This document shows, one piece after another, positions 29,190 through 38,350 of a stretch of DNA of 64,000 bases (position 1 is the stretch's first letter; every line of letters begins with the position of its first letter). Both the position numbers and the translations under genes were made by a program. Location of the stretch: positions 7,010 to 71,009 of IMG/VR virus record IMGVR_UViG_2834101283_000005. One strand, given 5' to 3'. The DNA comes from a virus (Duplodnaviria; Caudoviricetes). The notes under the pieces are model-generated. The model saw nothing but the letters and a program-made list of their open reading frames with translations. It was not told the origin of the DNA and made no database searches.

Positions 29190-29700
29190 CCGTGAGGTTT
29201 GCTTGCGCACGTGGATAAAAAATAGTGAAGCGTGGTAGTCCAATCCCCTCCGATTTGGGCCAGTTCGAGAACCTTGGCCATATAACCCGTACTGTGTGAC
29301 GTCGAGCCCTATGGACCTTTCAAGTAAGTGGGGGAAAGGTGATGTAGGGGGTGGAATAATCAGGTCACTTGTTTACTCTTAGGCTTCGGCCTTCATGGTA
29401 AAGAATACATCTGGACTGGTGAGGGATACAGGATAAACAACCGCGGTTTGGTCGGGAACCGATTAGACAACTTCGACCTTTATAAAGCGAGGCAATACCA
29501 CAGTACTCAAGTCCGACGAGTCTTCGGGCAGTCTAAGAAGCTGCTTAGGAGCCGTTTAGGGACAATCACATAGGCACGACCCATGTCAAGTCGTCTTCCA
29601 TGCTCAGACGGCGTAGTGATTTTAGGGATGCATTTCTCGCGGCCGTAGGGAAAGGTGGTGGCAGTTCCTACGCTCCGGGTGGCATGGGTAAATAATATCT
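29190..29700 (+). ncRNA. Candidate structured ncRNA downstream of motif copy 1
   Basis: GC-rich with several hairpins (AGGC-UUCG-GCCU, GUAGGGAA/UUCCCUAC) and no credible ORF. Confidence 0.35.
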
Positions 29701-29754
29701 TGGAGGAGGAATATCTTAAATAAAGTCTTAAACCTAACCCTGATAAAAAATAAA

Positions 29755-30060
29755 GCCACGAACGAAGTGAGTGGCTCTGGCGAACGTAGTGAGCCAGCAA
29801 GTAAAGGTAAGCCTTAAGGCTACCTTATAAGAGTCACTTATAAGTGTCACTTAAAGGAATAGCCTTAAAGTTACCTTTAGGATTAGCCTTAATGTGCTGC
29901 CGCTACGCGGCAGAAAGGCTCGCTTCGCTCGCCTTTTACTTATTGAATCAGTAATGATAAAGATAGTGTAAAGGCAAGCTTTAAAGATAGCCTTTACACC
30001 CTTTACCCTTACCTGGTCAATAAAGAAAGTGCGAAGCACTTTTGCGAGCCGAAGGCGAGC
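29755..30060. repeat. Cluster of GNA-triloop DNA hairpins with short periodic CCTTA/CTTATAAG repeats (origin-like)
   Basis: AC-GAA-GT, AC-GTA-GT, CTGCCGC-TAC-GCGGCAG, GC-TTC-GC, AAAGTGC-GAA-GCACTTT, CC-GAA-GG. Confidence 0.6.
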
Positions 30061-30114
30061 AAACCCTTACAAGACGACTCCTAATGTTCTCTTGACCAAT
30101 AAAAAAGAGCAGCA

Positions 30115-30474
30115 TTACGCCGCCCTTTTGTGAGTCTTGAGATATGCCTTGATATAATCTATAAGCATGTCTCGGTCAAGCATTGCACCATTGAAAGAAT
30201 TCATTGGAGACATAGCTGGTTCATCCTCGATGAGCCCGATGGCCCACAGGTGACCTTCCAGATGACATGGGGCGAAGACCGAAAAGGTATCGTCCCTTTG
30301 GTTCAGTCCATAGTGGCGACCGGCGCACAGCACAAGGGAAACGAATCGCTCGTCCGTAGGCATTTCGCCAGTGAGCAGAATTGTTTCCAAATATTCATTC
30401 CATTCCTTTCTAGCCTTCAACAGTGCGGTTTCAATACTGGTCATTCCTTGCCCTCCTATGCTCTTATTATACAA
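30115..30474 (-). CDS. Hypothetical protein
   Basis: SD GGAGG before ATG (MTSIE). Confidence 0.65.
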   Translation of the reverse strand: MYNKSIGGQGMTSIETALLKARKEWNEYLETILLTGEMPTDERFVSLVLCAGRHYGLNQRDDTFSVFAPCHLEGHLWAIGLIEDEPAMSPMNSFNGAMLDRDMLIDYIKAYLKTHKRAA

Positions 30475-30536
30475 TTACCGAACAAATGTTTCAAGAGGGG
30501 AGCATAAAAAATCCACGGACGATGCCGTGGAAATTT

Positions 30537-31085
30537 TTACATATCCATTTTGCCATACGCTTCTTTGTTCATAATGTCTTCGGTGATGCCGAGATACCGC
30601 ATAGTGGTTCTTGGGGAGGAATGGTTGAACGCTGTCTGAATCAGTTCGAGGGGTACTTCCCGACGCCATGCGTGGTACCCAAATGTTTTCCTCATGGAGT
30701 GGGTGCCAATATGTTCAAGGCCAAGTTTCAATCCGGCTTCATGGATGATACGCCATGCGGATTTTTCTTGAATATGCCCACCCTTTCGCGACTGGAACAG
30801 ATATTCCTTTGGGTAGGCGTCAATATATTCAACGACTTGTTTATACACAGAATCGCTGAGTTGTAAGCGTTTAATCTTAGATGTTTTCTTTTCTCGGAGT
30901 TCGATATGCCCGTCTTTGATGTCTTCGGGTTTAAGCTTTACCAAGTCGCTAATACGCAGACCTGTGTTAATCCCGATGGTGAACATGATACGGTCACGCC
31001 ATCTCGGCAGGACTTCTTTCATTTTTTTTACATCTTCCATATCACGAATCGGTTGTGTGGTTTTGATGTCTTCCATCTTTTTCAT
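30537..31085 (-). CDS. Short tyrosine recombinase (catalytic domain only)
   Basis: TGLRISD, THSMRKTF, FNHSS, TMRYLG: complete R-H-R-H-Y set. Confidence 0.92.
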   Translation of the reverse strand: MKKMEDIKTTQPIRDMEDVKKMKEVLPRWRDRIMFTIGINTGLRISDLVKLKPEDIKDGHIELREKKTSKIKRLQLSDSVYKQVVEYIDAYPKEYLFQSRKGGHIQEKSAWRIIHEAGLKLGLEHIGTHSMRKTFGYHAWRREVPLELIQTAFNHSSPRTTMRYLGITEDIMNKEAYGKMDM

Positions 31086-31174
31086 AGTATCACCCCTTAA
31101 TGCGATTTAATTGTACCTCTATTCGCATTCATTGTCAATAATAAAAGATTAATTGAGAAAGGAAGTGACAGATA

Positions 31175-31825
31175 ATGCCCGCAAGTAAACTAAAACCAAT
31201 AGACCCGAATGCCCCTTATGCATTTGCCAACGCTAATATGTCTAAGATTGACTATTATGGCTTAGGAGAAACTGTCATCGAATTGCGCCGAAAGGGTATG
31301 TCTTATTTGAATATTTCAAGGGAACTGTCAACGAATTACCTAGATAAGACAAATGGCGACAAAATTTCGATGGATGCTGTGTCTCGTTGGTTAAAGCAGC
31401 ACGAAGAAGAATCTGCGGACTACGAGAGCGAATATATTGCCGTCAACACATACCGGGAAAACCTCAAGATGCTTCGTCTGGTTGACAACAATATTGAAAT
31501 GCTCAAGGTCTTCCTCGATGCCGTTCAAAACATGATTGCCAATGGGGCAGACGATGCGACGGTATTAAAAATGTTCAGGCACACCAAAGAGTTGCAGACC
31601 GAACTAGAACATTACATTGCCCGTAAGCAAAGCATCGTCACCAATATCTATAATTCGCAGAAGGAAATTTTTAACATGATGACCTTGAACGAAATTATTC
31701 GGACAACCCTTGACACGGTTCGTAAGCTTGACAAGGGGATTTATGCAAAGGTGCTGGTGCAGCTCCGAAATAACCCAAAATACGTCGAGGCAATCAAGAA
31801 AATCGACGATACAGACGTAAAATAA
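31175..31825 (+). CDS. Terminase small subunit (probable)
   Basis: N-terminal HTH (RRKGMSYLNISRELS...VSRWLK), helical C-terminus, located upstream of TerL. Confidence 0.65.
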   Translation: MPASKLKPIDPNAPYAFANANMSKIDYYGLGETVIELRRKGMSYLNISRELSTNYLDKTNGDKISMDAVSRWLKQHEEESADYESEYIAVNTYRENLKMLRLVDNNIEMLKVFLDAVQNMIANGADDATVLKMFRHTKELQTELEHYIARKQSIVTNIYNSQKEIFNMMTLNEIIRTTLDTVRKLDKGIYAKVLVQLRNNPKYVEAIKKIDDTDVK

Positions 31826-31852
31826 TTATTCTATTTAGAATAATGAAAATTT

Positions 31853-31892
31853 GTGTCACAAAATGGCACTTTCAGACATTATATATAGAGGG
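31853..31892 (+). promoter_or_regulatory. 40-bp conserved phage promoter motif, copy 2
   Basis: Identical to 29142-29181; preceded by the ATTATTC-N6-GAATAAT palindrome (31825-31844). Confidence 0.8.
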
Positions 31893-32760
31893 GTAATTTT
31901 TTAGGCGGCGACCCGACAACGAGAGCGCTGTAATCTCTACGGGGACCGGCGCGATGGGCGGCGACCTATTACGCCTCGATGCTAAATGCAGTTAGATGTA
32001 TCTTTTTGAACACTGTGAAGACCGTTGACAGCGTGCAGTGACTAGCCCATATTCGGGGGCTTTTTACGGATACGTAAAATTGACCAACCGTTTCGTGTAG
32101 CAGCGATGCTGCACGAGTAGGAGCCGACCAAAGTTCCGAAATAAGGCTATGGTGCTGCGCCATAAGGTACTGTAATGCAGGGCTTTCGGTGGGATGCGTA
32201 ATTTGTCGTGAGTGAAAAGCTGCGGCAGCCTGCGACGGCGATAGTGGGGGCTATCGAGCCTAGCAGGAATCCCAACCAAGCATCTTAGCTGTGACGCCTT
32301 GGAAACAGGGCTATAACATTGGAAGCTTGTACAAGTAGCTCAAACGGCTGATTCAAAAAAGACATTTGTTATTTAATACTACATTAAAATCATATGGCGA
32401 ATGTCGAGTGAACGTTGCCGGTAACAACCCGGCCATGCATTTTCCGTTCTAAAACGGCTTGGAGATAGTCATGGGGTAGCTCCCCTCGGCTCGCCCTCCT
32501 TGGCATGTAGCAAAACAGCTTTATGGCGGAGTAAGCAGAAATGCTCAATAAAGGTGCATCTGAGTGCATTTAGCACAATATATAGTGAATGTCCTAAGGG
32601 ACATGTTCAAAAAGGGGCACGGCTCCTTGGGTATAACAGCTTTGTGCTGACATACATATGATTACCGGGTTCCTTTTTCAGGTGCGGTCTTGGACAAACC
32701 GCACCTTGGGACCGTTATGTTGCGAGGCTTAGGGCGAGCCTTCAATCGCTCTATTTTCAT
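31893..32760 (+). ncRNA. Large structured ncRNA candidate (ROOL/GOLLD-like)
   Basis: About 870 nt without a credible ORF, ahead of tRNAs. Perfect 11-bp pair TGCTAAATGCA (31980-31990)/TGCATTTAGCA (32565-32575) closes 596 nt; many internal hairpins. Confidence 0.6.
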
Positions 32761-32836
32761 ACTCCGATAGCTCAATCGGTAGAGCAACTGGCTGTTAACC
32801 AGTGGGTTACAGGTTCGAGACCTGTTCGGGGTGCCA
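32761..32836 (+). tRNA. tRNA-Asn(GTT)
   Basis: ACUCCGA/UCGGGGU acceptor stem, CU-GUU-AA loop, GGTTCGAG T-arm, CCA. Confidence 0.92.
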
Positions 32837-32839
32837 TAT

Positions 32840-32916
32840 GCCGGTGTAGCTCAGTTGGCTAGAGCAATAATCTTGTAAATTAAAGGTCGAAGGTTCGAGT
32901 CCTTCCATCGGCTCCA
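32840..32916 (+). tRNA. tRNA-Thr(TGT)
   Basis: GCCGGUG/CAUCGGC acceptor stem, CU-UGU-AA loop, CCA; one mismatch in the anticodon stem. Confidence 0.88.
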
Positions 32917-33024
32917 CGATTGAAAAATCGTCTAAGCGCACGGTTTTTGGAGGGGTTAGGTTACGACCAGACCCCAATTTTTTATCATCACAGATAATTG
33001 GCAGGGTACGTTCCTGCCTCGCAT

Positions 33025-33112
33025 GGGCGGTTGGCCGAGCGGTTGAAGGCACTTGTCTTGAAAACAAGCAGGCTGAAAAGTCTCGTAGGTTCGAATCCTG
33101 CACCGTCCGCCA
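33025..33112 (+). tRNA. tRNA-Ser(TGA)
   Basis: GGGCGGU/ACCGUCC acceptor stem, CU-UGA-AA loop, long variable arm, CCA. Confidence 0.92.
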
Positions 33113-33175
33113 GAATGTCTAAGGATGCGAAGCTGCTGCCTTAGACCCAAAGAAAACTAGCTAGGAGGTGATACA

Positions 33176-34810
33176 ACGGACGAGATATTTAAGGAAATCC
33201 TTGGCGACAAAGCCGAAGAGAAGAAAGCTGTGGAAGAAAAAAGCAACGTGGAGCTTGGGAAAAATGATTTTCAGTTCTTTGCGCTGACATATTTCCCGCA
33301 CATTTTCACGAAGCCGCTCTCCCGGTTCCATCGGGAAATGTTTCGCGATTCGCAGCGGATGATTCTTGGGGATAGATTTTCCCAGAAGTTTTTCGTCCGG
33401 GCTGCCCCTCGTGGCTTTGGTAAGTCTCGTATCATTTCCGTTGTATTGCCGCTTTGGTGTGTTTGTTATCGGCACCGCAGGAATATTTGTTTAATTTCCG
33501 ATACTGGTCCCCAGGCTACAGAGTATATCCAGACAATTAAAGATGAACTGGAATCCAACGAAAAACTACGAGCTGACTTTGGTCACTTAGAGACAGACCG
33601 TAAATGGTCTGAATCTGAAATTGAGACAGCCAACGGAGTGCATGTCGTGGCGAAATCGTCTGGTAAATCCCTTCGTGGTACGTCTTGGCATAACATTCGC
33701 CCCGACTTGGTTGTTCTTGATGACCTTGAAAATGATGAAATGGTAAACACCGAAGACCAGCGAGCCAAGCTTCGTACATGGTTTACGAAAGTTGTGCTCC
33801 CGATTGGCAACGAATCGACATCTTTTTTGTACGTCGGTTCCATTTTACACTACGATGCACTGCTTAACATCGTGTTGACTAGTCCTAAGTATTCCAACTG
33901 GGACAGGGAAATTTACCGCTCGATTTATGAGTTTTCGCAGTCGTCCTTATGGGATAAATGGGAAGAACTCTTTACCGACTTGTCCGACAAAAGAGCGGCT
34001 CAGACGGCTTACAAGTTTTATCAAAGGCACCGCAAGGAAATGCTTGAAGGTGCCGAGGTGCTGTGGCCGGAGTGGCGTGTCGATAAGGACGGCAAGAGCG
34101 ACACTTATTACATGCTGATGATTCAACGTCTGCAGGATTCAGATGCCTTCAACTCGGAATACCAGAATAACCCGATGACAGAAGATACGCGAATCTTCAA
34201 GGAGGCGTGGATTAAAAATAATTACTACGACGAGCTGCCAAAGATGAAAGAAATCTACGGGGCAGTCGATTTGTCAATGGGCAAAACCCGGACAGCCGAC
34301 ACGTCGGCAATCATCATCGTTGGCCGGGGCATTGATAATTATATGTATGTTTTAGAAGCGGATATTTCAAGGCGCAACCCGGACGCCATTATCGCCGACA
34401 TTATCAAATATCTGGTCAAGTACGAAGGCGAGATGACTGGTTTTATCGTTGAAACAAATGTATTCCAGGAATTTTTTGCCAACACGCTTGAACAGACATG
34501 CATTGATATGGGCATGTATGTCAACTGGATTGAGCGGAAGAGTGTCGCTGGGGACAACAAGTTACTGCGTATCAAGGCCCTAGCTCCGAAAATCAAGCTT
34601 GGTTATATCAAATTTAACCGATACCATTCGGTGCTTGAAAATCAACTCAAGGATTTTCCGAAAAGTCATGACGATGGTCCAGACGCATTGGAAATGTGCG
34701 TTTCCCAATTTGTAGAAAATGGCAGCCGCATCGCTGTGACCTGTTTGCGACATGCTCCGTCTAGTAAAGGTCTGGATGCGGGAAAAATTATAAAGGGGTG
34801 GTTCAGATAA
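33176..34810 (+). CDS. terL: Terminase large subunit (probable ACG start at 33176; ORF track start 33230)
   Basis: RAAPRGFGKS Walker A, LVVLDDLE Walker B, nuclease GAVDLS and HDDGPDAL. Confidence 0.93.
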   Translation, partial: TDEIFKEILGDKAEEKKAVEEKSNVELGKNDFQFFALTYFPHIFTKPLSRFHREMFRDSQRMILGDRFSQKFFVRAAPRGFGKSRIISVVLPLWCVCYRHRRNICLISDTGPQATEYIQTIKDELESNEKLRADFGHLETDRKWSESEIETANGVHVVAKSSGKSLRGTSWHNIRPDLVVLDDLENDEMVNTEDQRAKLRTWFTKVVLPIGNESTSFLYVGSILHYDALLNIVLTSPKYSNWDREIYRSIYEFSQSSLWDKWEELFTDLSDKRAAQTAYKFYQRHRKEMLEGAEVLWPEWRVDKDGKSDTYYMLMIQRLQDSDAFNSEYQNNPMTEDTRIFKEAWIKNNYYDELPKMKEIYGAVDLSMGKTRTADTSAIIIVGRGIDNYMYVLEADISRRNPDAIIADIIKYLVKYEGEMTGFIVETNVFQEFFANTLEQTCIDMGMYVNWIERKSVAGDNKLLRIKALAPKIKLGYIKFNRYHSVLENQLKDFPKSHDDGPDALEMCVSQFVENGSRIAVTCLRHAPSSKGLDAGKIIKGWFR

Positions 34811-34811
34811 T

Positions 34812-36140
34812 TTGAAACTTGTAGAGCAGTTGGTTTATCTGGCAGCCCAACGGTTTATTAAGCGAGATACGGCTTACAACATGTTTGACTCCTGGTATCC
34901 TTATGGAGCCAGAAGTAGAACACCGCAACAGAAAGCCAGTGTCCGAACGTTACGAAATCTTGCAAGGACTCCGATTGCCCGGTCGGCCATCAACCAAATC
35001 AAAGATGGTGTCTTGGCATTGGATTGGCATTTTGTGTCCGCCGATGGGAAGGAACACGAGAAAGAAATTGAGTTACTGACACGGATAATGAAGCGGCCTA
35101 ACCAAGTGAACGATTTCCAGTCTTTTATTGGACAGGAACTCGACGACATGTTGGTCCTTGACATGGGATGCTTTGAAAAGAAAAAAGTTCGTTCCGAGAT
35201 TCAGCCATTGTATCTCTTCCCAATCGATGCCCAGACTATCAAGATATTGGAAGACTGGGACGGCAATCCCAAGAGCCCTCGATATGAACAGGACGTTCAC
35301 GGTAAGCAAACCTATTTCACGACCGAAGAAGTGGCCGTAATGACCAAAAATGAGTTTACTCATTCGTGGTTTGGCCTTTCGCCGACAGAACAGGCATGGC
35401 GACATATCCAATATCTTGTGGATTGTCAATCCTATGCCAATGATATTGCTTCTAATGCGATGCCAAAGTATCTGGTAAGCCTTGGTGAAAAAGCCGGGGA
35501 AGACGAGTTGCGGAAGCTTCGTATGTACATCGCAAACGAGGTGCAGGGGCAGTCAACGCTTGCTATTTTTGGCTCCAAAACGTTGGATGCCAAGCAGGTA
35601 AGCCCTATTGGCGATGATGCAGCTTGCTTGAATTGGCAAAAGATGCTGTTGCAGATTATTTCGGTATGTTACCGAGTACCTGCAGAACGGCTTGGTTCGG
35701 CAATATCCAATGACCGCTCAACGGTAGCCGACCAAGAAGAAGATTTTGTAGAGAACACGATTAAACCATGGGCGCAAATTATTGAAAACGCAATCAATCA
35801 TCATGTGGTTGAATTGCTTGGGTTTGGTAACAAGGTAAGGTTTGAATTTATCTATTTGCCGACGCAGGCCCAAAAGACCGTACTGAAAGATACGGTAGCG
35901 TCGTTAGTAGAAAAAGATGTAATCACATTTAACGAAGCTCGCCGGGCTGTTAAAGGTGTGTTACCTATAGAGCTTCCTGATTTAGACGACGGAGACATGC
36001 GAATGAGCCAATACAAGAATAGCTTAAATATCAAGCTGGCAGAGGCGCACGGAGCCGCAAGCGGATTAGGGGACGCTCAAAATCACAACAATAAAGATAA
36101 TAAAGGTGGTGAAGGCGACGGACGAAAAGAGGACGATTAA
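34812..36140 (+). CDS. Portal protein
   Basis: LFPIDAQTIK, FGLSPTE, YRVP, TIKPW; follows TerL. Confidence 0.9.
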   Translation: MKLVEQLVYLAAQRFIKRDTAYNMFDSWYPYGARSRTPQQKASVRTLRNLARTPIARSAINQIKDGVLALDWHFVSADGKEHEKEIELLTRIMKRPNQVNDFQSFIGQELDDMLVLDMGCFEKKKVRSEIQPLYLFPIDAQTIKILEDWDGNPKSPRYEQDVHGKQTYFTTEEVAVMTKNEFTHSWFGLSPTEQAWRHIQYLVDCQSYANDIASNAMPKYLVSLGEKAGEDELRKLRMYIANEVQGQSTLAIFGSKTLDAKQVSPIGDDAACLNWQKMLLQIISVCYRVPAERLGSAISNDRSTVADQEEDFVENTIKPWAQIIENAINHHVVELLGFGNKVRFEFIYLPTQAQKTVLKDTVASLVEKDVITFNEARRAVKGVLPIELPDLDDGDMRMSQYKNSLNIKLAEAHGAASGLGDAQNHNNKDNKGGEGDGRKEDD

Positions 36141-37068
36141 ATTTGAGTCATCGGACATACAAGTGTCTCTGACGAATGACGGTCACATCAACAAGCTGCC
36201 GTTCATAGCCACTTTTATGCAGATTGGCTCGCCTTCCAATGGTACGCCATGTGGAGCTGATTATCCGATTGTTTTAGCAATGGACGAGGCTCAAAAGTGC
36301 GTCAGCACGATGGACTTGATGGCTGTTGATTGCGTCTGGTCTGATTGGTGGCCTGAAGATTGTATGACAGGTCACGACAGCCGGAATAAAATCGGCGTTA
36401 TCGAAAAAGCGTACATTGAAGGCAATGAAATGAAGATGAAAGGGTTTATCTATGCTTTAGATTTCCCGGACATCGCATACTTTATCAAAAATGCAACGCC
36501 CGCCTTGGGGTTCAGCATGGAGTGCATAGCCGATGTAGAAACAAAAGATGATGGCTATGAGCACATGACGAACGTCACGTTTACGGGGGTTGCTATTTTA
36601 TTTCAAAATTTAGCCGCATTTAAAGACACCTACATTGACTACATTGCGGCCAAGCGAAAGGAACAAGAAGAATTGACAGAACAGGAAAAGAAAGAACTGA
36701 TGGCGTCCATCAAAGAAATGATGGAAACAACGGTGTCGGAAAAAATTAGCGCTTTAGAAGAAAAGCTCGAAGCCAGTAAGACCGAACCGAAAGCAGACGA
36801 AGCTATGGAAGCCGAACTCGAAAAGGTAAAGGCTGAAAAAGAAGCTTTGGAAGCGGCAAAAAAGGAAGCCGAAGAAAAGGCTGCCGCAGAAAAGAAAGAA
36901 TTGGAACAGAAGATTGCAGACCTTGAGGCGAGCCGTAAGTCTAGTGGCATCAAAGCTAACAAAAAGACCGATGGCGTTGATTACAGTCATGTTTGGGATA
37001 ACGGCTACAAGAAAGGCGTTTCCTTGATGTTTGCGAAAATGAAAGAAGAAGTAGAGGGGAAAGAGTAA
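36106..37068 (+). CDS. Prohead protease/scaffold
   Basis: GH....IG.I, LGFSME, FTGVAIL; coiled-coil C-terminus. Confidence 0.8.
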   Translation: MVKATDEKRTIKFESSDIQVSLTNDGHINKLPFIATFMQIGSPSNGTPCGADYPIVLAMDEAQKCVSTMDLMAVDCVWSDWWPEDCMTGHDSRNKIGVIEKAYIEGNEMKMKGFIYALDFPDIAYFIKNATPALGFSMECIADVETKDDGYEHMTNVTFTGVAILFQNLAAFKDTYIDYIAAKRKEQEELTEQEKKELMASIKEMMETTVSEKISALEEKLEASKTEPKADEAMEAELEKVKAEKEALEAAKKEAEEKAAAEKKELEQKIADLEASRKSSGIKANKKTDGVDYSHVWDNGYKKGVSLMFAKMKEEVEGKE

Positions 37069-38082
37069 TTGAGCAATATCAACACAAAATTTTTGAGCGC
37101 AGCCGAAGTCGCTGACTACAACACTTCGCACTATTGGGAATTCCCGCAGTTCCAGCCGGGTATCCTTGATTTTATCAATCGTAACGTAACTATTTTGCCT
37201 AGAATCAAAACGGTGGCGGCGACAGGTCATCCGTCTCGGTATCGCGAACAGGCAAAATTACCGTCGAATGCTCAGTTTGTTAATGTCCGCAACGGCGTTG
37301 CTGATGGTAGCTATGGCTTGACAAGTGTTAATGCAGATTATGGCCGTGTCGAAAAGGCCGCCTTCTTGAAATGCCTTGTAAGTCGCATTCAGTACACCTT
37401 GTTTGACAAAGAAGTTGTTCAGCAGCAGGGTATCACAGAAGAAACACTTACGAAAGATTTCAATGACATGTTGGCTGACTTCTATATGGTCCAGAACGAT
37501 AAAATCTGGAATGGCAAAGGCACTGGCCCGGACGACAGCTCATCGACGGAATACTCCGGTATCTTGACACAGGTTAAGACGAAACTCTCCATCGCTACGC
37601 CGTATGACTTTACGACGAAGCAGGGCGATATGGTCACGGACCAGATTCGTGCGCAGATTGCCAAAATGCTCGCCGAGGCAAAATGGAACGTATGGCCGAC
37701 AGCAGTCTACACAGACCCCGTAATGGTTGAACGTATCACGATGGAAGAACGGAACCGCGAAGGTACGGTACAGGTCGTTCCGCCTACGATGAAACTGGCA
37801 AATGGCTGGGAAGTCCCGACGATTAATACGCCGGTTGGTAATTTGCCGTTGATTCCTGACGCTGCATTGAAATCTACGGCTGATGCTGGCAAGCAGAAAC
37901 ATACGATTGCGGTTGTGAATGAAAACCTCATCGAACGCCATTATTTGACATCCTCGACGCCGCGTATTTTCAAGATGTCGCAGGACGAAAAATTGATGGA
38001 TGATTACATTGCTATTTTGTTTGATACTCTCGTTGTAAAAGGCGCAGAACAGGCGCACTTTATTATCGAAGAAAGCATCTAA
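37069..38082 (+). CDS. Major capsid protein
   Basis: 337 aa; position after the scaffold; HK97-like features. Confidence 0.8.
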   Translation: MSNINTKFLSAAEVADYNTSHYWEFPQFQPGILDFINRNVTILPRIKTVAATGHPSRYREQAKLPSNAQFVNVRNGVADGSYGLTSVNADYGRVEKAAFLKCLVSRIQYTLFDKEVVQQQGITEETLTKDFNDMLADFYMVQNDKIWNGKGTGPDDSSSTEYSGILTQVKTKLSIATPYDFTTKQGDMVTDQIRAQIAKMLAEAKWNVWPTAVYTDPVMVERITMEERNREGTVQVVPPTMKLANGWEVPTINTPVGNLPLIPDAALKSTADAGKQKHTIAVVNENLIERHYLTSSTPRIFKMSQDEKLMDDYIAILFDTLVVKGAEQAHFIIEESI

Positions 38083-38137
38083 GTGACTGGGGCCTTCATT
38101 GGCCCCGCCAATTTTGATATTTCGTAGAGGATAGTAT

Positions 38138-38341
38138 ATGACAAAATACACGTTAAAGGATAAGAAAGTTACCGAGGTCATGGTAAATCACTATATTTAC
38201 CCTGTTGCTTCGGATGGCACTGTAGAATTGCCCGACGCATCGAATATTGATAAAAACTTATTTGAAGCATCTGGTGATGGTGACGACGAAGAGTCTGCTG
38301 AGGTGGGCAAAGCTAAAGTCGGCATAGCAAAAGTAAAATAA
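38138..38341 (+). CDS. Small head-associated protein
   Basis: Ends AEVGKAKVGIAKVK. Confidence 0.6.
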   Translation: MTKYTLKDKKVTEVMVNHYIYPVASDGTVELPDASNIDKNLFEASGDGDDEESAEVGKAKVGIAKVK

Positions 38342-38350
38342 GGAGAGCGT

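Noticed and set aside
31903-31976. Possible tRNA-Tyr (CTGTAA loop)
   Set aside because: No T-arm (GTTC) and no CCA; treated as part of the large ncRNA candidate.
32761-33112. Stop-codon reassignment or suppressor tRNAs
   Set aside because: The anticodons are standard, and TAG/TGA act as normal stops throughout.
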